A stretch of 63,862 nt of DNA, the filler included, from Intoshia linei (lineage: Eukaryota > Animalia > Orthonectida), in assembly GCA_001642005.1 (NCBI GenBank). It is 4 parts of 4 records of this genome, joined end to end, with 100 filler letters (N's around TTAATTAATTAA, not from the genome) between each part and the next. Parts side by side here need not be neighbours in the genome. Positions count along the whole stretch, not along the records: positions 1 to 27,273 come from LWCA01000440.1; positions 27,374 to 54,241 come from LWCA01000459.1; 2 more parts are not named here. One strand, given 5' to 3'. This document shows positions 24,701 to 37,404 of the stretch, piece after piece. Made by a program: the position numbers and the translations under genes. Under the pieces are notes generated by a model. That model ran no database searches and had not been told where the DNA came from. It saw nothing but the letters and a program-made list of their open reading frames with translations. Position 1 is the first letter of the stretch, and every line of letters starts with the position of its first letter.

Positions 24701-26092
24701 ATTGTAAATTAAAATTACATTGGTAAACATTTTTTGTACCAATTTTAAGTCATACTAGATCAGTGTTCCCAAACCCTGCGTCGCAAAACAAATTTAGAGA
24801 TTTTTAACTATAATTCAAAAATTTAAAAATTCACACTAAAGTTATACATTTATTTGTACTTGAATTTATGTTTGTGTTTTATGTTATATTCCTAATTTTT
24901 CAACACATGTTTGAGTAAGAAAAACAAATAACCAAACGTTTTTAGAGTAATTTTAATAATGCTTAAAAATTTAAGTTTAAACATTTCTTCATTCATTATT
25001 CACATTCCTTAGGGACTATTCCATCAAAACCCAGTAAATCGCAAAAAGCAAACCGGCATATCGATTTGAAATGTTGAAAAGTTTTTTACATATTCGGTAC
25101 GCCGTCAAATATTCATTAATTTTGAGTGCACCGCTACCTTGAAAAGTTTGGGAACCATTGTACTAGATCAGGGGTGTCAATTATGGAATGTGCGGCCCGC
25201 GTTATAATATAAATTTTTATTTTTTATAACAATTTTTTACACATATTACAATTCTTATTTTACAGTTTTTTCATATATTTTTCATGATTTATTTATTCAT
25301 TATTACAATTTTAACATTATTACACTTATTCCATTTTTATTGTTTCACATTTCATTTTATGAATTAAAATTATTACAAATTAATTAAATCTGTTAATTTT
25401 AACATAATTTTTTGAGTAAAGATTTATTTCGTGCAGACCGCGTAATAATTTTTTTTCACATTTGACCCGCCAAGCAAATTGAGTCTTACACCCCTGTACT
25501 AGATCAATGGTTCTTTTTTATTGAATTACGGAGGGAATTTAAAAAAATATTTCTGCATTTTTGATTAGGGGGTGATTCTAAATAAAGTTTAAGAACACAA
25601 CACTAGATTGTTTGTTTTGTAATTCAAGCAAATTGCATAATATTTATTAATTATATGAATAATTTCAACTTTTCGACCTCGTATAACAAACTCTGTTATA
25701 TAAGTACTATAAATGTAAGTTAAGTCAAATTGCATCTTTAAATTTTATTTTTACATTAAGGTCACTAACATAACTCTCAGAAAACTTTAAAAGTAAAATA
25801 AAATAATGATAACTCAAACCTAAAATAATATAATTGAAGATAAACCTGCATAATCGACGAAAATTGATTTTGGCCTTCTTCCTTTCGGTAATTTTGCGCG
25901 TATATCGAGATCATTTTCTAATAACTGTGATGAATCTGTTTCTGATTTAAAGCGTAATATGCCAGTGTTTTTATTTTTTGTATTGGGGGAAAATTTATTT
26001 GGTGGGAATTTACCATTTTTTGGAGATGTCAAAGTGTTGCCTATTTTCAAACCAAGTTTGTTTGCTAGCATATTAATATTACTTTTACTCAT
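18775..26092 (-). CDS. Lys/Glu-rich low-complexity protein with an N-terminal CPI-like motif and C-terminal coiled coil; exons 26092-25846, 24664-24644, 24076-23780, 23450-22380, 20642-20592, 18932-18775
   Basis: All junctions are GT-AG phase 1 and stop-free. LLENDLDIRAKLPKGRRPKS resembles the capping-protein-interaction motif. The last two exon assignments are less certain. Confidence 0.6.
19600..20113 (-). mobile_element. Helitron-like copy with an internal ~50-bp triplication and duplicated 5' end
   Basis: aaattctcca/gaactcgtttgattttcaaaaa occurs three times at 19745-19880; gcrtagyatattata occurs twice at 20032 and 20089. Confidence 0.7.
21330..21773 (-). mobile_element. Helitron-like copy (5' end at ~21773)
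   Basis: Near-identical to 1250-1555, including the ...gcgtagcatattatataagtaaga end. Confidence 0.7.
24228..24534. mobile_element. hAT MITE with 8-bp TSD atttatat, nested in a tagagttttgcaac-family MITE (~24140-24624)
   Basis: caggggtcgacaacc / ggttgccgacccctg; TSD at 24220-24227 and 24535-24542. Confidence 0.85.
24761..25160. mobile_element. hAT MITE, TSD tactagat
   Basis: cagtgttcccaaac / gtttgggaaccattg flanked by tactagat at 24753 and 25161. Confidence 0.8.
25169..25496 (+). mobile_element. hAT MITE, TSD tactagat
   Basis: caggggtgtcaa / ttacacccctg flanked by tactagat at 25161 and 25497. Confidence 0.85.
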
Positions 26093-26399
26093 TTTTAGTT
26101 TTTAATATATAAAGTAAATTTAGAATATCACGTATTAAAGATTCAATACTTTATTGTGTATATTTATTCTTTTACATCAAGAATCTACAGCTGAATCAAT
26201 AATATGTATTACATTACATTTATACGTTATAACGAGGGCAAACTTTTTCTAACCTATAAAATCGTCAAAATATAACCTATCAAAATAAAATTCGAACTTT
26301 TTTAACTTATAAAAAATACATTAAACATTCAATTTGGTCACCCTGTTAAAAATAATTTAAAAAATTAAATATTAAGATTTATTAAGGTACAATATTAAA

Positions 26400-27273
26400 T
26401 ATTTATTAACGTTACTAGATAAAAAATTCCTTTGTTTTGTGAGTAATTTCTTCAGCATGCTAAAACTTCTTTCTACACCGTTAGAAGTTGAAGGGCCATT
26501 TCTCAATTGGCTGTACAATGAAGGAGGTTTGGACTGATCCATAGCTAACATAATTTTTTTGATATCATTCTTTTTTAGTCTTTTTTCTATATATAGTTGT
26601 ATTTCACATGGGTCAGGAATAAATTATATTTTTTTATTGTATCATATGCTTGATAAATAATGAACGACTCTTTTGCCATGTCAATAATACCTAATATAAA
26701 TGTATACCTGTTTAATTCAATTAATTCATTATATAATCCAATCATAGATACAGCTTTCCTCGCTCGCTGTATAATTACACCATTTCCGGGTATACCATCT
26801 ACAATTTTTTTACCAATTCAAATTTGTTGATATAGTAAACACTGGCTTCAAGCCAAGTACCCCACCTTGTAATCACTGGTCTGGGTGGATAACCAATGTC
26901 ATAAAACAATTCGCGGAGCGATTTATTCTTTAATGTAATAAATTTCATACTGTTGATGAGTTCGTCAACAATTGTATATTTCTGTCGAAGCTTCATGCAA
27001 CAGTTATGCATTAGATGGCTTATGCAAGTAACGTTGAATAAATTTGGATACAGCATTTTCAATTGTGATGTGATCGATGTATTGAATCTAATATTGATAT
27101 TATATATATATTTGCAATTGATAAAAAAATTAAAATTACCATGCAGCATCAGTTACGAATAAAACAAAATTTTTCCTTTTTATATTTAAAGATTTAGCAG
27201 TGTCGTCCACATTATGTAAAACAATTTGACCATTCATGTTTGTATTAATCATTTCACAGTCAAACAGCATTAA
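26400..27273 (-). pseudogene. Degenerate hAT-superfamily transposase, truncated by the gap
   Basis: Broken frames read FVTDAA, TCISHLMHNC, PVITRWGTW and TSNGVERSFSML (hAT CxxH, TRW and ERxFS motifs), with frameshifts and stops. Confidence 0.8.
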
Positions 27274-27373
27274 NNNNNNNNNNNNNNNNNNNNNNNNNNN
27301 NNNNNNNNNNNNNNNNNTTAATTAATTAANNNNNNNNNNNNNNNNNNNNNNNNNNNNNNNNNNNNNNNNNNNN
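27274..27373. other. Assembly gap/spacer with artificial TTAATTAATTAA linker
   Basis: 100-nt N run with a central six-frame stop linker; identical spacers at 54242-54341 and 62623-62722. Confidence 0.95.
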
Positions 27374-27973
27374 CCTAAGTCTATTTTATATTACAATAAA
27401 TCAAAATGCGGGGTAGACACAGTAGATCAGCAAAAATTCAACACCTCATATTTGCTCTGGTTGCAATAAAAGAATATATGGGAATCATTCAAATCGTCAA
27501 ATAGTATAGTTGTCATAAATGTTTGCTGTAAATAATAATTAATAATAATAATAATAAATTTTATAAAAAATAAACAAATTAAATTCAATATTATTTATTT
27601 CACTTATAAAAATTTTATTATTTTTGGAAATTGTAACTAAACAATAAACTTATTTAAATTTTATTGACTTGTAGAAGTACAATACGTTAGTTAAATTAAG
27701 GTGTGTATTTAAGTGTTAAAATCAGGTTTTTTCTTATGGAATCAGTCAGAAGAATTATTGATCTAAAAATTTATTAAAATGGGATTTTTCATAAAAATAT
27801 TGGTCAAAGCAATTTCTTCCTTAAGGGTTGGTAAAATTTTGGTTTTTTCTCATAATATTAAATTGGATGATTTAATGAAATATGTTGAAAATTGTAGATT
27901 AGCCTACATCATCTAAATTTTCGTATTCACCCATTGGGGTGACTGGTCACCCCCATGAGAAGCACTGCATTAA
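27374..27973 (+). mobile_element. piggyBac 3' relic (degenerate Cys-rich domain + terminus)
   Basis: KNSTPHICSGCNKRIYGNHS...(frameshift)SCHKC; subterminal palindrome ggggtgactggtcacccc at ~27936-27954; ends near TTAA. Confidence 0.5.
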
Positions 27974-28455
27974 TCCTACTATTGCTATTTATTCCGATTC
28001 AGATAAATGACAAATGTGGTGTTAATTTATATGAGTGAATTAAGGATTTTGTGCTTAATTTAGGTCCAGAGTAAACTTTCTCAATGTCGAAGTAAATTTT
28101 GTGCGGCCGTAGTATCAATGAGAAAAGTAGCATTGTGGCTGAATTGGTGGAAAGGTTGTCCACCCCTGATTTAGAAACAATTTTAAGCCAAAAATATTTT
28201 TTGCAATCATAGATATGTAATTTTGGCTTATATTTAACTCCAAATAAACTAAAAGTGAAGTAATCGAACGTGACAAGAACGCGATATCACTGTACAATGT
28301 AATTATTTTCAAAAAGTTTACAATCACTTTGTAGTAAATTTTAGTCTAAAACTACAACAAAGTACAACTTTGTTATTATCATTTTTACTACAATGTTGGT
28401 AAAATTAGTCAGACGGTTAGGAAACATTGGTCTACTGCATTTATTTTGTAATTAC

Positions 28456-29831
28456 CTCGGTTGTTTTAGGTATTTCATAATGAATAATATTGGCTACATC
28501 ACAAATATCAATTCCTCGTGAAGCTACATCTGTTGATATTAAAATAGATTTTGCATTTTCTAAATTTATACATTATAATAAATAATAAAAAAAACCTTTA
28601 AATTTATCAATACTCGCAAATCTACGTTTCTGCAGCATGGCAGAATGTAAACAAAAGACATTAAATTTGAGAATTTTCAACAAAGAAATGAGTCGATAAG
28701 TACAATTTTTGCTATTAGAAAATACAATAGTTTTTCCAGGTAAGGTACGTAAAAAATAAACTAGATATACATCCTTGTCTTCATTTGTAGTTTTAGAATA
28801 AAATTCAGATACTGTTGAAACTATTTTAATCTTTTGATTGGTCAAATCTACAATTTTTCGATTTTTAGACAAATTTGCACATTTTATAAGTGTTTTGAAA
28901 TTTTTATTCTTTTTTTTATTTAAATTTAAGGTAAGGGTAGCAGATACTAGAATGCTTTGATGGGTGTTTTGATTTATTACTTTAAAAATTTCTTTCAATT
29001 CAATAAAATGTCCTGCTTCAGCCATTCTATCAGCTTCATCTATTACAAGGGTGTCAATTTTTTCAATCATTGAACGAAATCGTTTATTTTTGGAAACTAT
29101 ATCCCATAGACGCCCAGGCGTAGCTACAATCACATCCGGTATTGTTTTGAATAACCTTTCTTGCTTTTGAATTGACATACCTCCGACAACTGAAATTATC
29201 TAAATATTAAAAAATTAATCAAATTTTTTTTAGAAAAACTTGCAATTCAGTGTTATGGGCCAAACTTTTTAGATTATTTTTAATCTGCATGGCCAAATCA
29301 CGCGTAGGAGACAAGATAAGACAAGAAACTTTTATATTATCCATAGAGTCAGATTCATCGTCAAAAAAATTTGCATTATCGATAACTTTGACGCAACCTT
29401 CTATTTTATCAAATTCTTTAATCTACATAAAGCATATTGATGGATATAATAACAATTATACCGTTTCTTGATTATCATTAAAAGCTTCGTTTAGTAAACA
29501 CATGTTCAAATCTGTTTCTTCACATTCTTTCGTTTTAATTTTCAATTTAACGTCACAGTTAGCATTTTTCAATATTTTTGATAAGATGGGAACTCCAAAA
29601 GCAACAGTTTTACCGGAACCCTAAAGTAAATTACATACAATTGAATTATATTTGGCAACAAAGTAAAACCGTTTCACTGGCAGCTATAATGTCCATATCG
29701 TTTCGAAAATCTTTTATTAGTTTTTGTTGTATCAGAGTAGGTTTTTCATATTTTAAATTGTTTTTTATAGATGATAATAGATTACTATCAATATTCAAAT
29801 CGTCCCAGGACAAGTTGATATTTTTTTTCAT
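28456..29831 (-). CDS. DDX24: DEAD-box RNA helicase DDX24/Mak5-like, 3'-partial; exons 29831-29670, 29620-29462, 29422-29240, 29199-28596, 28559-28456
   Basis: Motifs AASETGSGKTAAFGVP, SPTRDLA, VGGMSIQKQERL, VATPGRLW, VIDEADRMAEAGHF, SATL, LHSAMLQKRR, TDVASRGIDI. The GHF and KQ.R features fit DDX24; the motif VI exon was not found before the gap. Confidence 0.85.
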
Positions 29832-30249
29832 AAATTTGTAATTTTACTATGGTTTTGTATTATCGTTCAATTAAAATATATTTAAAGATTATATTGAAGG
29901 GAACCAATTTCTCGTTATTGATTTGACATCAACGAACTTACGCAAAACGAACAGTTAACCAACTTTAAAAGTTATTGTAATCATCAATGGACCAACAAAT
30001 ATCATGTTTTAAAATGTTTAATTAGAAATGTAGATAATATTGTTACACTGAAAATAATTAAAGATTAAGTTGAAATATTAAGGTAAGGCTCAGTACGCAT
30101 GCCTACCAACAATATATTATTTTTGAAAGCAAAATAATAGTTATAAGTTCACAGTAAAAATATTTATTATTCACATATTCGTAGTTTTTGAAATTCTTTG
30201 CTGTCGCGACTCTTCCAAAAAAACGCAGATTGAAATAAAATCGGTTTTA

Positions 30250-33200
30250 TTACAACAAAGACAAAAAATTAATGTCTTCAGCGTGGTAAATTTCTTGAAT
30301 CAATTGGTATATATTTTCTGGATAATAAATTTTTCTAAAAAAATTTAAAAAATAAATCAAAAATCCAGTTTAAAGCAATCTAACGAACATTTCAATTAAC
30401 CTGCTATTGACAGTATTAATGGATACAAAATGAAAATGCTTCCAACATTCAGTATCCCGAAATAATCGGGAAGATGAGAACGGGTAGTGGTTAGAGAATG
30501 CGCTGCATTAAAAAGTATTAAAAAAACCGACAAACATCTATTTCTGAGTACCTACATGTATTTAAGTTAGTTAACTTTTTTAAAGGACACTTCTTTACAA
30601 CTTACGGTTCGAGAAATTGAGATTTGACTGTATGTAGTATATACCTATTGGTAACAATATAGGTGACGTAATCTTTATGGAGAATTTCAAATTTTGGTGC
30701 CGAAGAAAAATAATTGCTTGGTTTTTTTATAAAACCATTAAAATCTTGGGTATCATCATCTTTAAATTGGTTTATTTGGGATGGATTTTGCAAAAAATTT
30801 ATTTTATTCTACAAAGTATTTGAAATACATTACATAAAAAATAATTGTACCTCATCAACGATGCCTGGGTCCAAATTATGAATATGAGCGAGAATATATA
30901 CCTATTAATAACATAATATAAATGTATACTATAAAACATGTAAGAAAATGTATATACAATGTGACCGCGAACTGGAATATAAAAATGTCACGTTATCATT
31001 CCACAATTTATTTTGTAATTGTTCATAGATTTTATGCTAATAAATGCTCATATTACTCTTTTTTAAAAAATGAAAATATTCATATAATTTTACAAAATTA
31101 CAGTTATCTCCAGATTTTGTATTTTAATTTAATTGAAATTGTATCAGAAACGACAACACAATTTTAACAACTTCTACATTCATGGTCAAATTACCCATTA
31201 TTTTAAAAAATAGAAAAAACCAATAGTCCCAACATTTAAAAAAAGACCATATTCAACGTTATGTCAAATGTAATGTCACAAAGTTAAGTCTGTATGATCA
31301 AAAAACAAATTTACTATTTATATTATATCGTAGAAATTATTTACATTAATTAACAAAAAATTTGGTATAATTAATGATTCTAAAATTAAAAATTTAAATA
31401 ATGTCTTCACATGTTTGGGACCCACTCCTTTAAAAGATTGATAATGGTGAAAAGTAATAACATTTTCATGCAAGATTTAATTTTTTTGGTAGAATCAGCT
31501 CTGGAGAGTTAGGTGCTGTTTGTACGAATTATATAACAGTCAAGCTAGTCTTCTATATTTATACTCCTTAAAAAAATCTATTTTCAAACAGTGCAACAAT
31601 AAGCTTTTTAATTTTTACCAATCAAGACTCAACATAAAAAAAACACTGAAATGTACCAATTTCTTAATTAACAATTAAAAGTATTTAAAAAAAAAATCTG
31701 GACACGATGCAGATAAATTGATTTTACCATCTTGTTCAAAATAAAAATTTCTTCCAACTAGACTAAATGTAACTCTTGTTCCTAAAAAGTTGTTTTTTTG
31801 TTGGACTGTGTAATTGTGATAATAAGTAATAGTAATGTTAATTGCGCATACTTGACACCCTCCAAATAAAATAATGTTTCACCAAAATTTACATCAAACC
31901 AATCTATGCAATATAGATAGTAATAGAATACAGTAATTAAATTAGCATTAGTAAATTACTGGTACATTGAATTTTTTGCAAACTAGGGCCAACTGCTTGG
32001 CTCCACAAGTAACTAAAACACTAAAAAATAAAAAAAATATATAATATTTCAAAACCTTCCGTCCATAAACAACGTTCTACAAACCAATAAAATACTTGAC
32101 ATGTTTGGAACTGAAGAATAAATATCATTATAAGGTACAACCGTAAAATGAATATCATGCAAATTTGTGTATTTTTTTTGAACCACATTCAGATTCTAAT
32201 ATTGATGATCAACTAATGGTTCTTAAACTTAAAACTCCACGGACCCCCATAATCCCCAAAAATCACTTAACTACTAAAGATTTGATAATGATAAAAAGCG
32301 AAGAGGCCATCATGTAAAATTGAAATTTTTTTTTAAATTCACAGTAAACAGTACCATCCATTATAATATAATTATTTCAACTCTAATCATAATAATCGAG
32401 CTGAACCTACTATTCTCGACACACAAAAATAAAAAGATTCCTTAAGAGTCTTAAGTTAAGACACATCACTTTTTTGAGTTATCGCCAGTTTTATAAATTT
32501 TGATTAGGGAACTGTTGACACGGCTATATTTCATTAACTACATTATATCAAAACTTTCAAATATTTCATTTGAAAGGTCAATCCTTACTTATATAAAGTA
32601 AAATGGTTAAAAAATGTGTGTCTGTTTATTTATTTGTTTATTTAAGAAAGTAAGGGGAGTCGACTTTTATAAATTTCATATTCTTATAACCGTTTTTCCA
32701 GAATGATGTTTTATCACAAATTTCAACTTCAGAAATTGAATCCTTCAAGATTAAAAACCACAATTGTCTTCTTTTTTTTTAATTCAAACCCGTCTTAGAA
32801 TTATAAAAAATTACACATTTTAATGAAAAGTTATAAATTCATCAATATTATGATAATTTTCAATTTTAGAATATTATATCTTCACGGGCAAAACCACAAA
32901 TTATCCTTTTTGTAAAAATTAAAAAAGTCTTATAATTGTATACAACATAAATTCTGGAAAATTTTTAAATTCATCAGCATTATCATAAATGGTAACCTTA
33001 AAAAATGTAATTTTCACGTTTAAAAATCCAGTATAACCTTCCGGGAGACTCACCCAGTATACTAACAAGTTTGGAACCACTCCTTTAGAAGATTGATAAT
33101 AGTGAATAGTAGCATTTTTAAGTTAGATTTCCAACTTGAATTTATTTTTTTGGTAGAATAAAAATGTACTCTCGGTAGATCTAGATGCTGTTTGTACGTA

Positions 33201-36200
33201 GTAGTCAACTAATATTTTATAAAATTTTTGATAATGTGGTTAATCAAGTATAACCGTGTTAACACCGATCCAGCCAAAATTGATAAAAATGGCGATAATT
33301 CGTAAACTTGATGTGATGGAAAAAAACTAAACATATCGCTAATCAGCGCATTAAACTTGAATTGAGTATAATTTTTTGTGTCTGATAAAAGAAAAAACAG
33401 ATTTGCATAGCAGTCTAATTAGATAATTTAACATTTTAAAAATTTGAAAAAAATAAGTTTAAATAAATTTTACGGCTCCGAGGGGTCTGTGAACCACAGG
33501 TTAAGATACCTATAGTAAACTATAATTATAAAAAGAAAATAACCTGGTGAGATATTGCCGTTGCGACAAAATTGACAGTCAATTTTGTCTTTTTTACAGC
33601 TTTCTATGAACATTTATACAATAATTGTAAATATAAAATGTTGATAATTATACTTTGAAAAATTGATCCAGAATGGGATCACAGTCCATAATCATTACAT
33701 TATTTGATTCGTAGGATAATATTGACGAAGATAAACACAACAGATGAGTATGTCTAAAGAAATGATAATAGGATAAAAAAAAGTAAGTACAATTGACCCA
33801 ATTCTTCACATAATTCTTGTAGTGATTCACGAATGGTACGCTATACAAACAATTATACATGTAATACATTCAGTGCTTTTCAAACATTTTTGTAAATTCA
33901 TTTATATCAAAAGGACAATTTTTACAGTTTTACTACGGATTAAAAATAGTTGAATAGTTAATATATTCACAAAATAAAAGTGAATCACTGATAATTTCCC
34001 CAATTTACATTTATATATAAAAAATTCAAAAACCGCAAACATTTTAAGAATTCGCAAAATTAAAATCAAGTTGTAAGTCAGTAATCTAAATGTAATGTTC
34101 TGATGTACCCATGGAACGCACAGAAAAACACTAAATTAAAAAATGATTCAATAATGTACCTCAAGCCCAACATCTACATTTTTGTAGTCAACATCGTATG
34201 AATCCGTAAGCAATATTTTCTAATTGTAAAATAAAAGCGTATACTAAATATGTAATAGCATTATAAATTACAACATCTTACGATAATCATAATTATAATA
34301 CCTTGATTGTTATGTACTTTATATACAAACAGCCAGATGCGAACCTACCCAGTTCGAAGCCACCCGAAAATGAAACAAATTTTTGCAAACGATGCAAAGT
34401 ATAGATAGCGTTTAAACACCTATTCAAAAATCTTGATTTCACATTTTAAATTAAATATACAAACTAGTTATGGTATATAAGAATCTATTTTTTAAAAACA
34501 CCTCTGGTACGGTAGGTTAGGCACTCCAAACAGCAGCTAGCTCTGTCGAGGGTAGACTTACATCAGTGTTTCTCAAACTTTTTTGAGCATTCACTCCCTG
34601 TGTCACATATTTTGTTCTATTCACCCCCAAAAAAACAATTATTATGACTTTTTATAATTGTTTAGATTTCCGATATAAAATTTTGATAAAATTAGATTTT
34701 TCAAAAAAATATCATTAAAATGTGATTATTTCCTTGAGGGTTGGTGAAATTGGGTTTTTTCTTTTGGGATCTGATAGAGTGATTTTTTATCTAAAAGTTT
34801 GGTATAATTATTAAAGTGGCATCTTGGTGAATATATCAACAGGGTAATAATAATAATTGAGTTTATATATTATTAATTTAGAAGAGAATCTAAAGGAAAC
34901 ACACCTTAGATTCCGTTTTGACCTAGCTGTATATCTCGTGAAAAATTAATCAAATTTGAATAACAGGAACATATTGGCTGGTCCAAGTTCAAAAATACCT
35001 GATAAATTGCGTTATGATAGAATGCAACATTATTTGTTCAATAATAATAAGCAGACAAAATATATAGTATGTCATAAAAATACCTTCAGAATGTGCGAAA
35101 AGTGTTGTAAGAAGATGGACATCCATTGTTTTAAACAATATCATAATCAATAATGAAATTTATGTATTTTACAAAAAATATTTATTTTATACCTCAATGT
35201 TCCATTAATGGAACACCTATAATTAGCGCTCATTAATTTACTTTGAAAATTATCCGCATTGAATTATTGCTATTTATTATATTTAATTTATTGTATATTT
35301 GCAAAGTTTATCATGTATTAAATGTAAATATAATTCAAAGTAATAACGTATCTGGGTGTGGACAGTAAACGATTAAAATAAATTTTTGACCAGTAATACG
35401 TAGACATTTGACGTTTAATTTTTTTCTAGATTAACTGCATCAGATTTTTAGCAATTTTTATTTTATAAAAGTAAGGATAACGTTATAAATGAAAAAAATA
35501 TTTTTAAATTTTTATAGAATAAAAATAACTCAAACAAGCCAATAATCATAATTGTAATACATTTTGGCAGTTTACATTTAATTTAAATATCGTGTGAATT
35601 TCCATCCTACCAAATTTTTGATATATTTAAGAAATTGCATAAAAAATTCTGTCTCGGTAGAGCCATCAACTGTTTGCACATCAGTATAAATCAAACTAGC
35701 ACAATCAGAGCTGTCTTAAGCCACTTCGTGGCCCTGGGCTAAGCAAACGGCCGGAGGCCCTTTAAAGTTTTGAACGAAGAAATAAAAAAAAAATTAGCGT
35801 TTCTTTTTAGAAAATTAATCAGAGAAAATCAAAAAATTCCTACTATCTTTTTTGAATATTCACTTAATAGAAAGGTTTTAATGTTTAATATCATTTGAAA
35901 CAGTTTTTATGTCAATATTATATGATGAACATTGTAGAATATATTTTAAATTGAATATTTACCAGAACTTTGATTCTTTAAACTATTTGAATTCCCACAC
36001 TTCAAAACTTATAAACTGTTTCTTAAAATATAAATGTGAAGTATTTTTTAATAAATTGGGCCTCTTTTTATATAAGTGTAAAGTACTTTTATTAATTTTG
36101 GACCTTTTTTAATGAGTAGCCGTGGGCTCCATATTACCCATGCCTTAAAACGGCTCTGAGCACAATATAAATTTGAAACGTTACCCTTTCTTTATTAATT

Positions 36201-37404
36201 TGACAATTGGATTTAGAAGTATTGGTGATGCTTCTAAATGAATGACTATCTTATGGCAATTTTAAAATTACAAAATATATTCATCTCTAATTGTTTTCAA
36301 AACTAAAATTTACAAAATTTAAAATTTCAACATTAAAAATTTAAAAAACACAAACCTCTTAAAACAATATAAACAGCACCCGAAGACGTCGCATTTTCAT
36401 GTATTAATTTAAGCAAACTTTGAAATTGGTTCATCATGTAACTACACAATAAATAAATAAAAAATGACTTATCTTGAAAATCCCACTTTTAATAAAATGT
36501 AATATTTCATAAAAAATACCATTTTAAGCTATTTAAAGAAAAACCCCCTTATTCTGATATATTATGAGAAAAAATTCGATTTTACTAAATCTCACGAACA
36601 AAAACTACTAATCCAACCTCAAAATAAACAACCAATTTTAATAAAGTAAGTAAAAATTGATTCACAAACGTCATTGTATCCGGTATAAATTTTAAAAATT
36701 AGTCATTTAATATTTAAAAATTTTTTGGTGGTACATTAAACCATCAAATCGAACACCCTTAGTTATCAGCGATAAAAAACAATAAAAAGTAACGATATAA
36801 AATAAAAATCTGTGAATTTAATTACAATTTATTCAAAAAAATATTAAATTATATTATATTCACTAAATCAGTGGTTTCCCAAAAGAGTTATGCAAAACTC
36901 TCTGAAATACGATTCGAACATTAAAAACAAAAAAAAACACATAAACTTGGAATCGTACATCTGAATTGTGAGATTTTGAAATTTTGTATTCATGTTCTAA
37001 TTAAAGTTCGTGTTTAAATCCGTGTTGCAAAAGTTTATAATGGAAACATTGTTAGTTAAATTTTAACTATGAGAGGTACGCGACACCCATAAATTTTCAT
37101 ATTGAGAAACACTGAACTAGAAATCTGTCAATATTTCGATTCATAGCAGTTTAAAATATTTCAAATTTATATAATTTTAATTACCAAATGTCTAACACCA
37201 AAACATTGTCGTCAACTTTCAAAATCCTGTGGTTAATGGACAAAACAGTGATATATTCCAAACAATACAATACGCTTTTACTTAAAATTATCTTGTCTGT
37301 CAATGTTTTACTATTTTTAATAAAATTTAATTAAATACATAATTAAACCTGCATCCCACTTCAACTATTTTGTTAAAAATTAAACTTTCATCACTTTTCG
37401 TCAT
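30250..37404 (-). CDS. EIF2B2: Translation initiation factor eIF2B beta subunit (highly diverged), ~13 short exons
   Basis: Spliced segments RTIRESLQELCEEL, NNVMIMDCDPILDQFFKKAVKKTKLTVNFVAT, FTVVPYNDIYSSVPNMSSILLVCRTLFMDGSVLVTCGAKQLALVCKKFNVPVYILAHIHNLDP and PKFEILHKDYVTYIVTNRKIYYPENIYQLIQEIYHAED are collinear with eIF2B-beta (e.g. PSYIYRLMSELYHPDD). Confidence 0.8.
32582..33213 (+). mobile_element. Near full-length non-autonomous Helitron-like element in an EIF2B2 intron
   Basis: a|TCcttacttatataaag with gtgtgtctgttt microsatellite at the 5' end; degenerate 3' end gctgtttgtacgtagtagtcaactaat. Confidence 0.7.
34862..35372 (+). pseudogene. piggyBac transposase C-terminal relic and right end
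   Basis: HLRFRFDLAVYL*...LRYDRMQHY...VCHKNTFRMCEKCCKKMDIHCFKQYH (PGBD Cys-rich domain); ends gacagtaaacga|ttaa, similar to the 15667 MITE TIR. Confidence 0.75.
35706..36158. mobile_element. hAT MITE with 8-bp TSD agcacaat
   Basis: cagagctgtcttaag / cttaaaacggctctg; TSD at 35698 and 36159. Confidence 0.8.

Noticed and set aside
24753-25608. CRISPR-like repeat-spacer appearance
   Set aside because: The repeats are only 8 bp and the spacers are TIR-bearing MITEs; eukaryotic context with no cas genes.
27274-27373. Palindromic TTAATTAATTAA repeated at three N-runs
   Set aside because: Artificial six-frame stop linker within fixed 100-nt spacers. It is not biological, and adjacency across the gaps is unverified.
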